DNA of 64,000 bases from an uncultured Ignavibacteria bacterium (GCA_964399055.1 CAYNPJ010000002.1:116124-180123), one strand, 5' to 3'; positions 8,866 to 21,338 are shown, counted from the stretch's first letter. Numbers and translations: made by a program. The notes: generated from the letters alone by a model not told the origin.

Positions 8866-10041
8866 ATGGGAAGAGTTTATCTGAAACAAAAGGAAGAGCG
8901 CCGGATTCTATCCGGCCACCTTTGGGTCTTCAACAACGAAATCGCCAGCATCGAGGACTTACAGGAGAACGGCGAAATCGTCGACCTTTTCACCTGGGGC
9001 CAGAAATTCATCGCCAGAGGCTATTACAACCGCCATTCCCTCATCTCGGTCAGAATCCTCACTTACCAGAAAGAAGAGATAGACTCCGCTTTTATTGCAA
9101 AGAGAATCCTCCGGGCTTACCAGTTTCGCCAGCAACTCTATCCTGACCTGAACTCCTATCGCCTGCTCTTTTCTGAAGCAGACCTCCTCCCCGGACTGAT
9201 TGTGGATAAATATCAGGACTATCTGGTAGCACAGTTTTTGACTTTAGGTATAGAAAAGCTCTCTGCCCAAATTATCGAAGCCCTGGCAAACGTTCTCAAT
9301 CCTAAAGGCATCCTGCTCAGAAACGACTCTCCTGCCCGTGAGCGGGAAGGCTTGCAGCAGAAAGTAGAACTTGCTTACGGAGAAATACCGGATAAAGTAG
9401 TCATTGACGAGTACGGCCTCAAATTTCAGGTCGATTTAAAATCCGGCCAGAAAACCGGCTTCTTCTTCGACCAGAGAGAGAATCGCCGGACAGTTAGAAA
9501 TATGTCCAAAGATAAAAAAGTTCTGGACTGCTTCTGCTACAGCGGAGGATTTGCCCTGAATGCCTGTCAGGGAGGTGCAACTTCAGTATTAGCGGTGGAC
9601 GAATCTGAATCAGCTCTGCAATTGGCCCGCACTAACAGTGAGTTAAATGGCTTTGGCGGTAAAGTGACTGTTCTTCAGGCTGATTGCTTTGAAAAGTTAA
9701 GAGATTTACACAAGAGAGGCGAAAAATTCGATTTGATAATCTTAGACCCGCCCGCCTTTGTGAAGAGCAAAGAAAAACTCGGCGAAGCACTCAAAGGCTA
9801 CAAGGAAATAAATCTGTCGGCCATGAAACTTCTGACACCTGAAGGGATTCTGGTCACCTGTAGCTGCTCCTATCAGCTCTCAGAGCAAGAGTTTCTGAAA
9901 ATGTTGCGCTCTGCAGCCAGAGATTCTAAGCGCAGTTTCAAACTTCTCAAATTCACCTCTCAGGCCCCTGACCATCCGGTTCTTTTATCCATGCCGGAGA
10001 CTAAATATTTGAAAAGCGCCTTCCTGCAGGCTTTGGACTAA
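8866..10041 (+). CDS. class I SAM-dependent rRNA methyltransferase, RlmI/RlmK-like (PUA + MTase)
   Basis: N-terminal PUA-like region, DPPAF motif and SAM-binding LDCFCYSGGFAL; ~390 aa as in RlmI. Confidence 0.75.
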   Translation: MGRVYLKQKEERRILSGHLWVFNNEIASIEDLQENGEIVDLFTWGQKFIARGYYNRHSLISVRILTYQKEEIDSAFIAKRILRAYQFRQQLYPDLNSYRLLFSEADLLPGLIVDKYQDYLVAQFLTLGIEKLSAQIIEALANVLNPKGILLRNDSPAREREGLQQKVELAYGEIPDKVVIDEYGLKFQVDLKSGQKTGFFFDQRENRRTVRNMSKDKKVLDCFCYSGGFALNACQGGATSVLAVDESESALQLARTNSELNGFGGKVTVLQADCFEKLRDLHKRGEKFDLIILDPPAFVKSKEKLGEALKGYKEINLSAMKLLTPEGILVTCSCSYQLSEQEFLKMLRSAARDSKRSFKLLKFTSQAPDHPVLLSMPETKYLKSAFLQALD

Positions 10042-10042
10042 A

Positions 10043-10960
10043 ATGAGAGCTGCCGCCATCGACGTAGGCACCAATTCAGTCCTGCTGACGGTTGTAGAGA
10101 TGAAGCCTTCGGGTGAGCTATCAGGCATATATGAAGCTCAGAAAATCACCAGGCTCGGCAGAGATACACACACCACCAAGAGACTTGCAGCAGAACCAAT
10201 TCGTAAGACCATCCAGGTTATAAGTAACTTTCAGAGAATTGCTCAGAAATTTGAAGCTGAAAAAATCTGGCTGGTCGGCACCAGCGCCCTCCGCGAGGCA
10301 AGAAATAGAGCAGATTTTGTAAAACAGTTGAAGGCTGAAACCGGTCTGAAAATTAAAATCATCTCCGGGAAAAAAGAGGCAGAACTTGGACTACTCGGCG
10401 CTTTATCTGATTTAAAACTTAATAGGCGGAAGATTACTTTGTTAGACATCGGTGGTGGCAGCACTGAAATAACTTTGTCTGAAAATAAAAAACTTCTGTC
10501 CAGCACCAGCCTCAATTTAGGCGCAGTCCGCCTCACCGAAAAATTCTTCCCTAAAAACATTGTGACACAGCCCGGACTTCAGGCGCTTTTGAAATCTCTT
10601 TCTTTCCCTTGGAAGAGTCTTAAAAACTGGAACTTTGCCAGTTCAGAATTAGTCGGTACCGGCGGTACCGTCACCACCTTAGCCGGTCTAGATTTAAACT
10701 TGAAAAAATACCAGTCCAAAAAAGTGCATGGTCACATTCTTAAGTTGACTGCTCTGGAAAGAATTTTGCAAAAAATTAGTCATCTTAATCTTGCTCAGAG
10801 AAAGAAATATCTCAAAATAGACCCAAATCGCGCAGATATAATCACCGCCGGCGCAGCCATACTTTTGTCTTTTATGCGGCATTTCGGTTTTGATGAGATT
10901 AAGGCATCTGATAAAGGTCTTCGCTGGGGTTTACTCTATTCAAGAATGGGTCAAAATTAA
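10043..10960 (+). CDS. Ppx/GppA-family phosphatase (exopolyphosphatase / guanosine pentaphosphate phosphohydrolase N-terminal domains)
   Basis: MRAAAIDVGTNSVLL... actin-like ATPase fold typical of Ppx/GppA; 305 aa. Confidence 0.8.
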   Translation: MRAAAIDVGTNSVLLTVVEMKPSGELSGIYEAQKITRLGRDTHTTKRLAAEPIRKTIQVISNFQRIAQKFEAEKIWLVGTSALREARNRADFVKQLKAETGLKIKIISGKKEAELGLLGALSDLKLNRRKITLLDIGGGSTEITLSENKKLLSSTSLNLGAVRLTEKFFPKNIVTQPGLQALLKSLSFPWKSLKNWNFASSELVGTGGTVTTLAGLDLNLKKYQSKKVHGHILKLTALERILQKISHLNLAQRKKYLKIDPNRADIITAGAAILLSFMRHFGFDEIKASDKGLRWGLLYSRMGQN

Positions 10961-10962
10961 AC

Positions 10963-10991
10963 TTGACATAGCCTGATTCTGTGCGTATATA
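10963..10991 (+). promoter_or_regulatory. sigma70-like promoter (TTGACA -17 nt- TATATA) upstream of BNR/T9SS cargo gene
   Basis: TTGACA at 10963-10968, 17-nt spacer, TATATA at 10986-10991; ~110 nt upstream of ATG 11102. Confidence 0.4.
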
Positions 10992-11101
10992 GACGCAGGA
11001 GAAAGCCTATAAAACTATAGCTAAAGGTGAACCAAAGACTTGGCAGGTTTTGTAGGCACTTGGCCGATGCCGGGTGTGAAACTCGGTTTTTTATTTGACT
11101 A

Positions 11102-12709
11102 ATGAGAAAAATACAGACGCTCATTTTATTCTTACTGACGGCTAAGTTAAGCTTGGCCGCTCTCCCCTTATCCTTTCAGGCTCAGTCCAGCCAGAGAATC
11201 TCCGGCAACAGCATCGTGGAGATTATATTTGACGGCACAGCTCTCTGGGTGGGAACCAACAACGGGATTAGCAGGACCACTGACGGCGGTTTGACCTGGG
11301 AGATTTTCAACAAATCCAACGGCCTCACTTTCGAGGAGATTTCTGCGCTGGCATTTAAACCCGGCTCGATTTTAGCTGCCGGCGCGCACACAGAGATAAT
11401 CAGCGGTTTTGAAGTACCGGTGGGAGAAGGTTTCAATATCTCTACTGACACAGGACAGACCTGGTTTGGCTCCCTACCCTTTCAAGCCGCCTCGCCGGGA
11501 ATGTTAGCCTACGACCTCACCGCAGCAGACACCATTTTTTATGCCGCCTGTTTTTTAGGAGGGTTGATTCGCTCCTTTGACAACGGCTCCACCTGGGAAA
11601 ACGTCTACGTGGACACTTTAGCCCAGATAGATTTTGAAGACAGCCTTTTTGAAGATTACCGCAACCGCTATTTCGCCGTGGCAGCAGACTCCCTGAATCC
11701 TGACACCCTGTTCCTCTGGGCCGGTACTGCCGCGGGAATTGAACAATTTATCTACACTGACAGCCTTAAGTTCGACCAGGTGGTCTATTATCAACAAATA
11801 GACACCTTCACCTGCATCAGACAGAAATCCTATCTCTGTACCCCGGCTGATTCAATTCTGGGGTATCATCTGGAGATAGATACCTTCTTTTGCGGCAATC
11901 GAGTAATAATTCGAGAAGATACTATCTACTGTCCTACAGCAGACACGGTGATTGACCGCGACTCAGTAGTGGTTTATCCGCAGATCAGCGGTAATTTTGT
12001 GGTGGCATTGGGCGTTCAGAAATGGCCTAACGGGCGGGCAATCTGGGCTGCTGCCAGACCAACCTTCAGCGGGACTATGGCGGTCAACTTTACCCGGGAT
12101 GAGGGCAACACCTGGGATACTGCCCTGACTGACGAGCTGGTCTGGGATTTCGCCTTTCAGGACACAATTGTCTGGGTCGCTACCAGCTCAGGACTGAAAC
12201 GCTCTTCAGACTGGGGTCAGACCTGGCAGAATTTTGTTGGGATGGAGGATTTTTCAGATACCTGTGAAAATAAAATCTTCAGCCCGGAATTTTTCGCCCT
12301 TGAAACAGTGGGTGAAACTCTCTGGGCCGGAGGGGCGGACGGTCTGGTCAGGACTACTGATGGCGGTTCGACCTGGAGGGTCTATCGCGCCTATCAGCCG
12401 ATTGGAACTCCCGGCTCTACCTCTGCCTATGCCTATCCTTCTCCTTTTTCTCCCCGGATTGGCGCCGGAGTTACGCGCATTCATCATAAGCCCTTGCAGA
12501 CCGGCAGCGTGACCGTGGAAATCTTTGATTTTGCCATGAATAAGGTTGTAACGCTGGTGAATAATGAGCAGAAAATCGGCGGCCAGGAATGTGACGAGCC
12601 CTGGGATGGTCGTGACAAAGATGGCAATGAAGTGGCTACCGGCGTTTACTTTTTCAAAGTGCAGAGTCCGGGCCAGACTCAATGGGGAAAAGTGGTGGTG
12701 CTGAAGTAA
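11102..12709 (+). CDS. secreted BNR/Asp-box repeat protein with C-terminal T9SS sorting domain (CTD)
   Basis: signal peptide; five S-x-D-x-G-x-T-W Asp-box repeats (TDGGLTW, TDTGQTW, FDNGSTW, SSDWGQTW, TDGGSTW); C-terminal FlgD-Ig/por_Secre_tail-like end ...GVYFFKVQSPGQTQWGKVVVLK. Confidence 0.75.
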   Translation: MRKIQTLILFLLTAKLSLAALPLSFQAQSSQRISGNSIVEIIFDGTALWVGTNNGISRTTDGGLTWEIFNKSNGLTFEEISALAFKPGSILAAGAHTEIISGFEVPVGEGFNISTDTGQTWFGSLPFQAASPGMLAYDLTAADTIFYAACFLGGLIRSFDNGSTWENVYVDTLAQIDFEDSLFEDYRNRYFAVAADSLNPDTLFLWAGTAAGIEQFIYTDSLKFDQVVYYQQIDTFTCIRQKSYLCTPADSILGYHLEIDTFFCGNRVIIREDTIYCPTADTVIDRDSVVVYPQISGNFVVALGVQKWPNGRAIWAAARPTFSGTMAVNFTRDEGNTWDTALTDELVWDFAFQDTIVWVATSSGLKRSSDWGQTWQNFVGMEDFSDTCENKIFSPEFFALETVGETLWAGGADGLVRTTDGGSTWRVYRAYQPIGTPGSTSAYAYPSPFSPRIGAGVTRIHHKPLQTGSVTVEIFDFAMNKVVTLVNNEQKIGGQECDEPWDGRDKDGNEVATGVYFFKVQSPGQTQWGKVVVLK

Positions 12710-12710
12710 T

Positions 12711-13655
12711 ATGAGAAGAATCTTCCTTATCTTGACTCTGACTGTTTTAATTCTTTTGGCCTCCCAGAGCAAGGCTGAGACTGAAGGCGGCGGTATGGCC
12801 GGCGCCTTCTTGCAGTTAAGCTACAGCGCCCGGGCCGCCGGCATGGGAGGAGCCTTTGTGGGGGTGGCTGACGACGCCGAAGGAGGTTTAATCAATCCGG
12901 CTGGAGTGATAATTCTGGATAAAAAGTATGCCACCGCCTCTTACCGTAAGATGGACCAGGATCGCAAATTGAGTTTTGTCTCCTATGCCCAGAACTTAAA
13001 AGATAAAGATGCCGGCCTGTCGGTCTCCTGGATAAATGTAGGGGTGAGTGAAATTGAAGAGAGAAATTCCAACGGAGAGGTAACCGGAGACATCAGGTAT
13101 TATGAGAATCTGATTGCCATGACCTTTGGCAAACGCATAGGTCAAAAACTTCTGCTCGGCGTGAATCTGAAATACGACCAGGCTAACTTAGCCAATGTCT
13201 CGGCCAACGGCCTGGGATTCGATTTCGGAGTTCTGTGGGGGGAGAATACCCCCTATCGCTTCGGACTGGCAGTGTATAATGTCGGCTTATCGCACAAATG
13301 GACCACTGGCGACTACTGGGTGAATTTCGGCTCCAGCGGCTCCAACACAACTGACCAGTTTCCCATCTCGGCCAAATTAGGCGGCTCGTACCGCTTTTAT
13401 CAGAATAAGATTTTAGTGGCGCTGGACTTAGAAAAAAGAGAAAAACAGGACCTTCTGCTGCATGCCGGTGCCGAAGGCTGGGTCAATCAGTATCTGGCAC
13501 TCAGGGCAGGCTACAACCGGGACGTGGTCACTATTGGAGCGGGAATTAAGGTCAATTGGCAGAAGAAGGTAGCTTTTACCCTGAACTATGCCTTTAACGC
13601 CAGCTCCCAGGATTTGGACCCGGATAACTTAATCTCTGTTTCGGCTGAGTTTTGA
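12711..13655 (+). CDS. PorV/PorQ-like T9SS-associated outer-membrane beta-barrel protein
   Basis: signal peptide; N-terminal motif ARAAGMGGAFVGVADDAEGGLINPAG typical of PorV/PorQ family; alternating beta-strand pattern; C-terminal Phe. Confidence 0.55.
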   Translation: MRRIFLILTLTVLILLASQSKAETEGGGMAGAFLQLSYSARAAGMGGAFVGVADDAEGGLINPAGVIILDKKYATASYRKMDQDRKLSFVSYAQNLKDKDAGLSVSWINVGVSEIEERNSNGEVTGDIRYYENLIAMTFGKRIGQKLLLGVNLKYDQANLANVSANGLGFDFGVLWGENTPYRFGLAVYNVGLSHKWTTGDYWVNFGSSGSNTTDQFPISAKLGGSYRFYQNKILVALDLEKREKQDLLLHAGAEGWVNQYLALRAGYNRDVVTIGAGIKVNWQKKVAFTLNYAFNASSQDLDPDNLISVSAEF

Positions 13656-14542
13656 TGTACAGGTTTATCAACCTACTTATCTTAATCTTAGTTGTTGCCA
13701 ATACTGCCTCAGCCAATACCGGCTTGCAGTTTCTCACTTTCAGCCAGTATCCCCGGGGAACTGCCTTGGGCGAAGCCTTTACTGCCGGGTATGGAGATTT
13801 GACCGCCTCTGCTTTCAATCCAGCCGGTCTGGCCAAGATAGATAAGATCCAACTGGCCATCATGCACAATAGCTGGTTTTTAGACATCTATTCCAACCAG
13901 GCAGGAGTAGCTCTGCCGGCCGGAGAGAACGTCTTCAGTCTGGGACTGACCTGGCTGACTGTGCCGGGAATTCAAATCAGAGATGCCGCCTCTTCCCAGC
14001 CTCTGGGTGAAAGCGATGCCCAGGACATGGCCTTAAGCTTGGGCTGGAGCCGGGTGATAAAGGGTTTCAGTGCAGGACTGGCCGGAAAATTCTTATATGA
14101 GAAGATTCATCTCAATTCTACGACCAGCTGGGCTGCTGATTTAGGGGTACAGTATCAGCATAAGAATTATACTTTTGGCGCCTCAGTTCTCAACTGGGGT
14201 CCGGATTTGAAATTCGTGACCGAAGATTTTTCCATCCCCACCCAGTTCAGAGCAGGCGTAGCTTATCAGCCCCAGAAAGAATTTTTGCAGGCGCACTGGC
14301 TGCTTTTGGCTGATGCAGTCAAGCCGAAGAGTTTTGACGCCTATCTGAACTTCGGGGTTGAGGCCGCTTTCCAGCAACAGTATAAAATCCGCCTGGGCTA
14401 TAAATCGGCCAAAGACAACCAGAGCAACTTCAGCTTCGGGGCCGGAATCAAGTACAAGAGATACCTGGTCGATTACGCCTTTGTCCCCTTTAAGGAGAAT
14501 TTAGGCTCCAGCCATCAGATAGCATTGATAGTGGAGCTGTAG
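13652..14542 (+). CDS. PorV/PorQ-like T9SS-associated outer-membrane beta-barrel protein (second tandem paralog)
   Basis: signal peptide; motif GTALGEAFTAGYGDLTASAFNPAGLA; overlaps upstream gene by 4 nt. Confidence 0.55.
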   Translation: MMYRFINLLILILVVANTASANTGLQFLTFSQYPRGTALGEAFTAGYGDLTASAFNPAGLAKIDKIQLAIMHNSWFLDIYSNQAGVALPAGENVFSLGLTWLTVPGIQIRDAASSQPLGESDAQDMALSLGWSRVIKGFSAGLAGKFLYEKIHLNSTTSWAADLGVQYQHKNYTFGASVLNWGPDLKFVTEDFSIPTQFRAGVAYQPQKEFLQAHWLLLADAVKPKSFDAYLNFGVEAAFQQQYKIRLGYKSAKDNQSNFSFGAGIKYKRYLVDYAFVPFKENLGSSHQIALIVEL

Positions 14543-14645
14543 AGTGCATATCTCCCCAAATAATGTCTTCCTCCCCTAAGAGGGGAGGATAAAAGGAGGG
14601 GTTTTGTATTTCTCACCAAAAGTACAAAACAAAACCTCATCCCTG

Positions 14646-14665
14646 CCCTCTCCTTTAGGAGAGGG
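14646..14665. repeat. REP-like palindrome CCCTCTCCT-tt-AGGAGAGGG (family 1); adjacent hairpins at 14569-14589 and 14601-14634 in convergent intergenic region
   Basis: seen directly; cluster of three inverted repeats between convergent genes. Confidence 0.45.
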
Positions 14666-14693
14666 TGACCAGTTAGCCTGCTTATTACGGATT

Positions 14694-15554
14694 CTAAGTT
14701 TTTCTATTCTTCAGCCTCTCATAATTAGCCCCCACCTCAGCGCCCACAATCAATATATAAGAAGAGTAGTAAACCCACAGCACTAAGATGACAATTCCAG
14801 CCAGAGAGCCATAAATCTTATTCATATCCCCATATTCCTTCACATACAGGTCGAACAGAATCTTAAAAATCTCCCAAGAGATAGCGGCAAAGCCTGCTCC
14901 TACAACACAGGCAGTAACTGAGGGCTTGTGGCTGGGCAAGACCTTGTAGATGAAGAAAAAGAGAAGAAAACTCAAGAAGGCTGGAAAAAAATACGGGAAA
15001 AATCCGGTAAAAAAGAAGGTCTCCCCTAATTTCACTTCGGCAATCGGGAGGGTGGTCTCTTTAGCCAGGCTATTCAAGGCGGTCCAGCTGAAAGAAAAGA
15101 CCAGTATTACGGTTGAGAAAGGGACTAAACCGAAAGTTAAGAGCCGGCTCTTCCAGTAGGGTCGCCGCCTCTCCGGCTTCCAGATGATGTTCATAGCGCT
15201 CTCAGCCACGTTGAAGATGCGGGAGGCCGACCAGGCCAGGGCTAAGATGCCGATTATCCCGAACAGATGTCTCTTGTTGATGATTCCGGAGATGAGCTCA
15301 AAGGCCTGAGCAGTCGTGGCCGGAAAAGTCGTGTTCAACAGAGTGAAAAGCCCTAAGGCAACTTCATCTGAGGAACGAACTACAAAACTGGAAATGGAAA
15401 TCAGCACCAGGACTAAAGGCACAAAAGAGAGTATCGAGTAAAAAGAAATAGCCGCCGCCAAAAGGGCGGCATTGTCTTTGTAAAAAGTATGCGCAAAAAC
15501 TTCTTTGGCCAAAAGAAAGAGAAAATCTGCTTTTTGTTTGAACCAGTTCAACAT
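14694..15554 (-). CDS. YihY/BrkB (ribonuclease BN-like) family membrane protein
   Basis: multi-TM 286-aa protein with the N-terminal region and topology typical of YihY/virulence factor BrkB family. Confidence 0.75.
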   Translation of the reverse strand: MLNWFKQKADFLFLLAKEVFAHTFYKDNAALLAAAISFYSILSFVPLVLVLISISSFVVRSSDEVALGLFTLLNTTFPATTAQAFELISGIINKRHLFGIIGILALAWSASRIFNVAESAMNIIWKPERRRPYWKSRLLTFGLVPFSTVILVFSFSWTALNSLAKETTLPIAEVKLGETFFFTGFFPYFFPAFLSFLLFFFIYKVLPSHKPSVTACVVGAGFAAISWEIFKILFDLYVKEYGDMNKIYGSLAGIVILVLWVYYSSYILIVGAEVGANYERLKNRKT

Positions 15555-15607
15555 TTATTCAGTGGAAATTCTATCCGGAAGTGTAAATTCAACTAGATCG
15601 AAATACT

Positions 15608-16774
15608 TCAAGCTTTTTTCCCGCCTAAAAGCAGTCCGATTGGTTTTAAGGTCTCCACGTGGTCGCAGAATACCTTTATGGCCGCAGTAATAGGAACAGC
15701 CAGGACCACTCCAATACCTCCCCACAGCCAGCCCCAGTACATCGATGCCACGATGACGGCTAAAGGAGAGAGATTGACCTTATCCCCCATTATTTTCGGG
15801 GAGACTAAGTTGCTTTCAATCAGCTGAATGACGGTGAAGAAGACCGCCACTAGAATCGGCTTTAACAGCCCCTCGCTGGCTATCCAAGCCATGATGATAG
15901 GCGGGACTGCGCCCAAGACTGAGCCCACAAAAGGAATCAGATTTAATGCTCCGGCTAATGGCCCCCAGATGTAGGGATAGTCCACCCCCAGTAAGAGTAG
16001 TCCCCCAGTAAAAACTATGGACAGCACTACCGTGATCCAGAACTTGACCTGGATGAAAGTCCGAATTTGACTGTTGATTTCAGTGATGATGTTCTGAGCC
16101 GCCTCGCTCTGGCCTGAGCCGAAAGCCTGAGTGAGCTTATTTTTTATCGTTTTCTGGTCATTGAGAATGAAAAAGGCGATGAAGAAAATCAGAAAGCTGG
16201 CAAACAGAAAGGAGAATATCGAGCCCACCCCTTTGAGTGCATACTGTCCGGCTTTGGTCAAAAATTGGGGGTCTATCTGTGAAGGCTGAAGCTGGTCTAA
16301 TTGCTGGCTGAAAAGACCCCCGGCAGTCCCCATCAGAGCCGCTTTGGCCTTCTCGACCAATTGCAGCACCTCTTCCCAGTACTGGGGCAGATTCTTAGCC
16401 AGATCATTTAACTGCAGAAAGATTAAGTAGCCGACTCCGACCAAGATTAGCAAAGCCAAGAGCAAGACAATGGCCACGGAAAGAAAATGGGGAATCTTGA
16501 GACGATTTAATAACAGGACAAAGGGATTCAAACTGTAAGCCAGAGTCACCGCAATGATGACCGGGACAACTATGGGAGCCGCATAGTAAAAGAAAGCGGT
16601 CGCGCCTGCCACAGCCAGCATCGGCAGTGCAACCGACTGTAAAGTTATCAGTTTTCTTTCCGCCACTACTTTATTTTGAAGAATTTCAGAAACTTCTGCA
16701 AGGGAAAAGTATTGACCACGTCCTTTTTCTCTAACCATCCCCGCCTTCCGTAAGCCACCCCGTAGCGCATCCAC
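15608..16774 (-). CDS. AI-2E family transporter (PerM/UPF0118); annotated start probably too far upstream (overlaps polX by ~108 nt)
   Basis: 8-TM architecture and conserved C-terminal region typical of AI-2E family; internal Met candidates downstream. Confidence 0.75.
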   Translation of the reverse strand: MDALRGGLRKAGMVREKGRGQYFSLAEVSEILQNKVVAERKLITLQSVALPMLAVAGATAFFYYAAPIVVPVIIAVTLAYSLNPFVLLLNRLKIPHFLSVAIVLLLALLILVGVGYLIFLQLNDLAKNLPQYWEEVLQLVEKAKAALMGTAGGLFSQQLDQLQPSQIDPQFLTKAGQYALKGVGSIFSFLFASFLIFFIAFFILNDQKTIKNKLTQAFGSGQSEAAQNIITEINSQIRTFIQVKFWITVVLSIVFTGGLLLLGVDYPYIWGPLAGALNLIPFVGSVLGAVPPIIMAWIASEGLLKPILVAVFFTVIQLIESNLVSPKIMGDKVNLSPLAVIVASMYWGWLWGGIGVVLAVPITAAIKVFCDHVETLKPIGLLLGGKKA

Positions 16775-18378
16775 TCTTGCAGATGCACGGTGCGGTGCGA
16801 ATCCGTGGCGATGGAGATTTTAATTCCTTTATCTTTGGCTTTTCTGACCCAGATGTCGGGCAAATCTAATCTGTCCGGACTGCCGTTTAATTCTAAGACC
16901 TTGCCGTTGGCTAAAGCCGCATCAATGACCTTATCCAAGTCGACTTCATAGGGGTCTCTTTTGCCTAATAACCTGCCAGTCGGATGCCCTAAAATGTCCA
17001 CTAACGGATTTTCTAATGCTTTGACAATTCTCTTGGTCATTTCATCCTTAGGTAGATTGAACCGGCTGTGCACTGTAGCGACTACGATGTCTAACTCTCT
17101 CAGAATTGATTCCGGCAAATCCAATTTGCCATCGCCCCGGATATCTACTTCTATGCCGGAGAGGACTCTGAACTTTTTGAGTTTTTTATTCACTCTTTTA
17201 ATTTCTTCAATCTGTTTTCTTAATCTTTTTTCATCCAATCCACCGGTAATTCCTACCAGAGGTGAATGGTCTGTAATAGCAATGTATTCATATCGCAGAG
17301 CTTGGGCCGCTTTAGCCATCTCTTCAATCGTATCCCGGCCATCTGACCAGTTGGTGTGCATCTGCAGGTCCCCTTTGATGTCTTTTTCCTGAATCAAACG
17401 AGGAATCTTATGCTTGGCTGAAAGCTCCACTTCCCCCCAGTCCTCCCTGATTTCCGGCGGCATCCACTGCAAGCCTAAAGCCTCATACATGTCTTCTTCT
17501 GTGCGGCTGGCTAAGAGCTTCTTACCTTTCCACAAACCATACTCATTGACCGAGAGCCCTTTCTTAACTGCCAGAGTTCGCACTTTGACATTGTGACTTT
17601 TCGAGCCGGTAAAATAGTGCAGAGCCGCGCCCCAGGATTCCGGCTTGACTACTCGCAGGTCTACTTGAAAATTGTCTTTGGTTATGATGCTTGATTTTGT
17701 TTCACCGTGTGATAAAACTCTTTCCACCTGCGGCAGTTTGACAAAAGCCTCCATTATCGGCCCGGCTTTGAGCGCTGAAACTAAAATATCCCCGTCAGCA
17801 ATAGTCTCTTTCATTCTTCTGAGACTTCCGGCCAGGGCAATATTTCTTACCTCCTTGACTTTTTTCAACTCTTCGACAATCATCTCCGCTTTGGGAAGAA
17901 TCTGTCCTAAGGGAATCCTCTCTTTATGCCTGAACAGTGCGGTTATACCTTTTAAAATATTCTCTTCCGACTTAGCCCCCATTCCGGGCAGGTTTTTTAT
18001 CTTCCCCTCCTTAGCCGCCTTCTCCAAATCAGTAACAGTTTTGACTCCTAATCTTTCATACAGCATCCGGGCATGCTTGGGACCGACTGAAGGAATCTGC
18101 AGTAAATCCACCAGAGGAGCGAATTCGGATTTTTTCAGTTCCTCGTAGTATTCTAATTTCCCAGTGGTAGCCAAGGAGTGCACTTTCTTAGCTATTGCCT
18201 CGCCAATGCCGGGAAGCTCCCGCAATTCTTCTTCCGCCATAGTGGAAATCTCTTTAGGCAGATTGGCCACCGTCTCCACTGCCTTACGGTAAGCCCTCAC
18301 CTTAAAGACAATTTCCCCCTGAATCTCCAAGATATCTGCAATTTCTTCTAAGATTGTCGCAATCTGCTGATTGGTCAT
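16666..18378 (-). CDS. polX: DNA polymerase/3'-5' exonuclease PolX (Pol beta-like NT + PHP domain)
   Basis: N-terminal HhH/pol-beta palm, C-terminal PHP motifs (HTNWSDG, DHSP, ATDSH). Confidence 0.9.
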   Translation of the reverse strand: MTNQQIATILEEIADILEIQGEIVFKVRAYRKAVETVANLPKEISTMAEEELRELPGIGEAIAKKVHSLATTGKLEYYEELKKSEFAPLVDLLQIPSVGPKHARMLYERLGVKTVTDLEKAAKEGKIKNLPGMGAKSEENILKGITALFRHKERIPLGQILPKAEMIVEELKKVKEVRNIALAGSLRRMKETIADGDILVSALKAGPIMEAFVKLPQVERVLSHGETKSSIITKDNFQVDLRVVKPESWGAALHYFTGSKSHNVKVRTLAVKKGLSVNEYGLWKGKKLLASRTEEDMYEALGLQWMPPEIREDWGEVELSAKHKIPRLIQEKDIKGDLQMHTNWSDGRDTIEEMAKAAQALRYEYIAITDHSPLVGITGGLDEKRLRKQIEEIKRVNKKLKKFRVLSGIEVDIRGDGKLDLPESILRELDIVVATVHSRFNLPKDEMTKRIVKALENPLVDILGHPTGRLLGKRDPYEVDLDKVIDAALANGKVLELNGSPDRLDLPDIWVRKAKDKGIKISIATDSHRTVHLQEWMRYGVAYGRRGWLEKKDVVNTFPLQKFLKFFKIK

Positions 18379-18404
18379 TTTAAAAGGGATTTCAGCCGGT
18401 TAAC

Positions 18405-20706
<2,302 letters not shown>

Positions 20707-20762
20707 AAATACCTCGCAGTTTAATCGAAATCTACTAAATGGACTTATAGTGTCAAATAGAA

Positions 20763-20795
20763 AAAGCCCGCTTTAAAACTAAAGGCGGGCTTCTG
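20763..20795 (-). terminator. rho-independent terminator downstream of small lipoprotein gene
   Basis: AAGCCCGC...GCGGGCTT stem followed (minus strand) by TTTTTCTATTT. Confidence 0.5.
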
Positions 20796-20819
20796 TCTAT
20801 GCTTCGGCTTACTTTAGTC

Positions 20820-21017
20820 TTATTTGGTCGTATCCTGCACGGCCGCCGCGGTGTCGGTCATGGCCGCACCGGTGTCAGCCGGCATACTCTGCTCAGCCGG
20901 AGGTGTGGTCTCCTCCATGGCCGGTTCCTCCTGCTTCTGTCCGCCGCAGCCGGCTAAAAGAGACAGAGCCAATAGACCCACTAACACTAAAACTACAAAA
21001 CGTCTCAACATTTTCAC
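20820..21017 (-). CDS. small lipoprotein (lipobox LLAGC), Glu/Thr/Ala-rich
   Basis: signal peptide + LAGCGG lipobox; 65 aa. Confidence 0.4.
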   Translation of the reverse strand: MKMLRRFVVLVLVGLLALSLLAGCGGQKQEEPAMEETTPPAEQSMPADTGAAMTDTAAAVQDTTK

Positions 21018-21289
21018 CTCCTTACACGTCGAGTCTGTACACTTGTTCGTGATTTAGATTGCTTGAATCTTGAGGACGTAATAAATGACTGTTCTGTCGT
21101 GTGTCAAGAGAAAAAATTAACTTTTTGAGATTGTCTATCTTTCTGGGCTTCAATGTCTTATTGCGATACACTCCGGTTTTTGTGACCTTCCACCTCCTTA
21201 ACTTCAACTCTATTCATCTCTTAGGGATTTGCCCCCTCACAAGCTGCGCCAGATCCGAACTCCATCCCAATCTTCCTACAAATGCAAAA

Positions 21290-21315
21290 GGGCGAGACAA
21301 TTCCAAGTCTCGCCC
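21290..21315 (-). terminator. rho-independent terminator downstream of HMA-domain gene
   Basis: GGGCGAGAC-8nt-GTCTCGCCC stem, followed on minus strand by CTTTTGCATTTG. Confidence 0.45.
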
Positions 21316-21338
21316 TAATAATCTAAAACAAGATAAAA

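Noticed and set aside
14604-14786. 60-aa ORF in convergent intergenic region
   Set aside because: It lies across REP-like hairpins and the 3' end of the yihY-like gene. It has no RBS and is probably not coding.
16621-16774. Overlap of the AI-2E transporter ORF with the polX 3' end
   Set aside because: The likely cause is an over-extended start call. Internal Met codons give a normal-length transporter without a 108-nt overlap.
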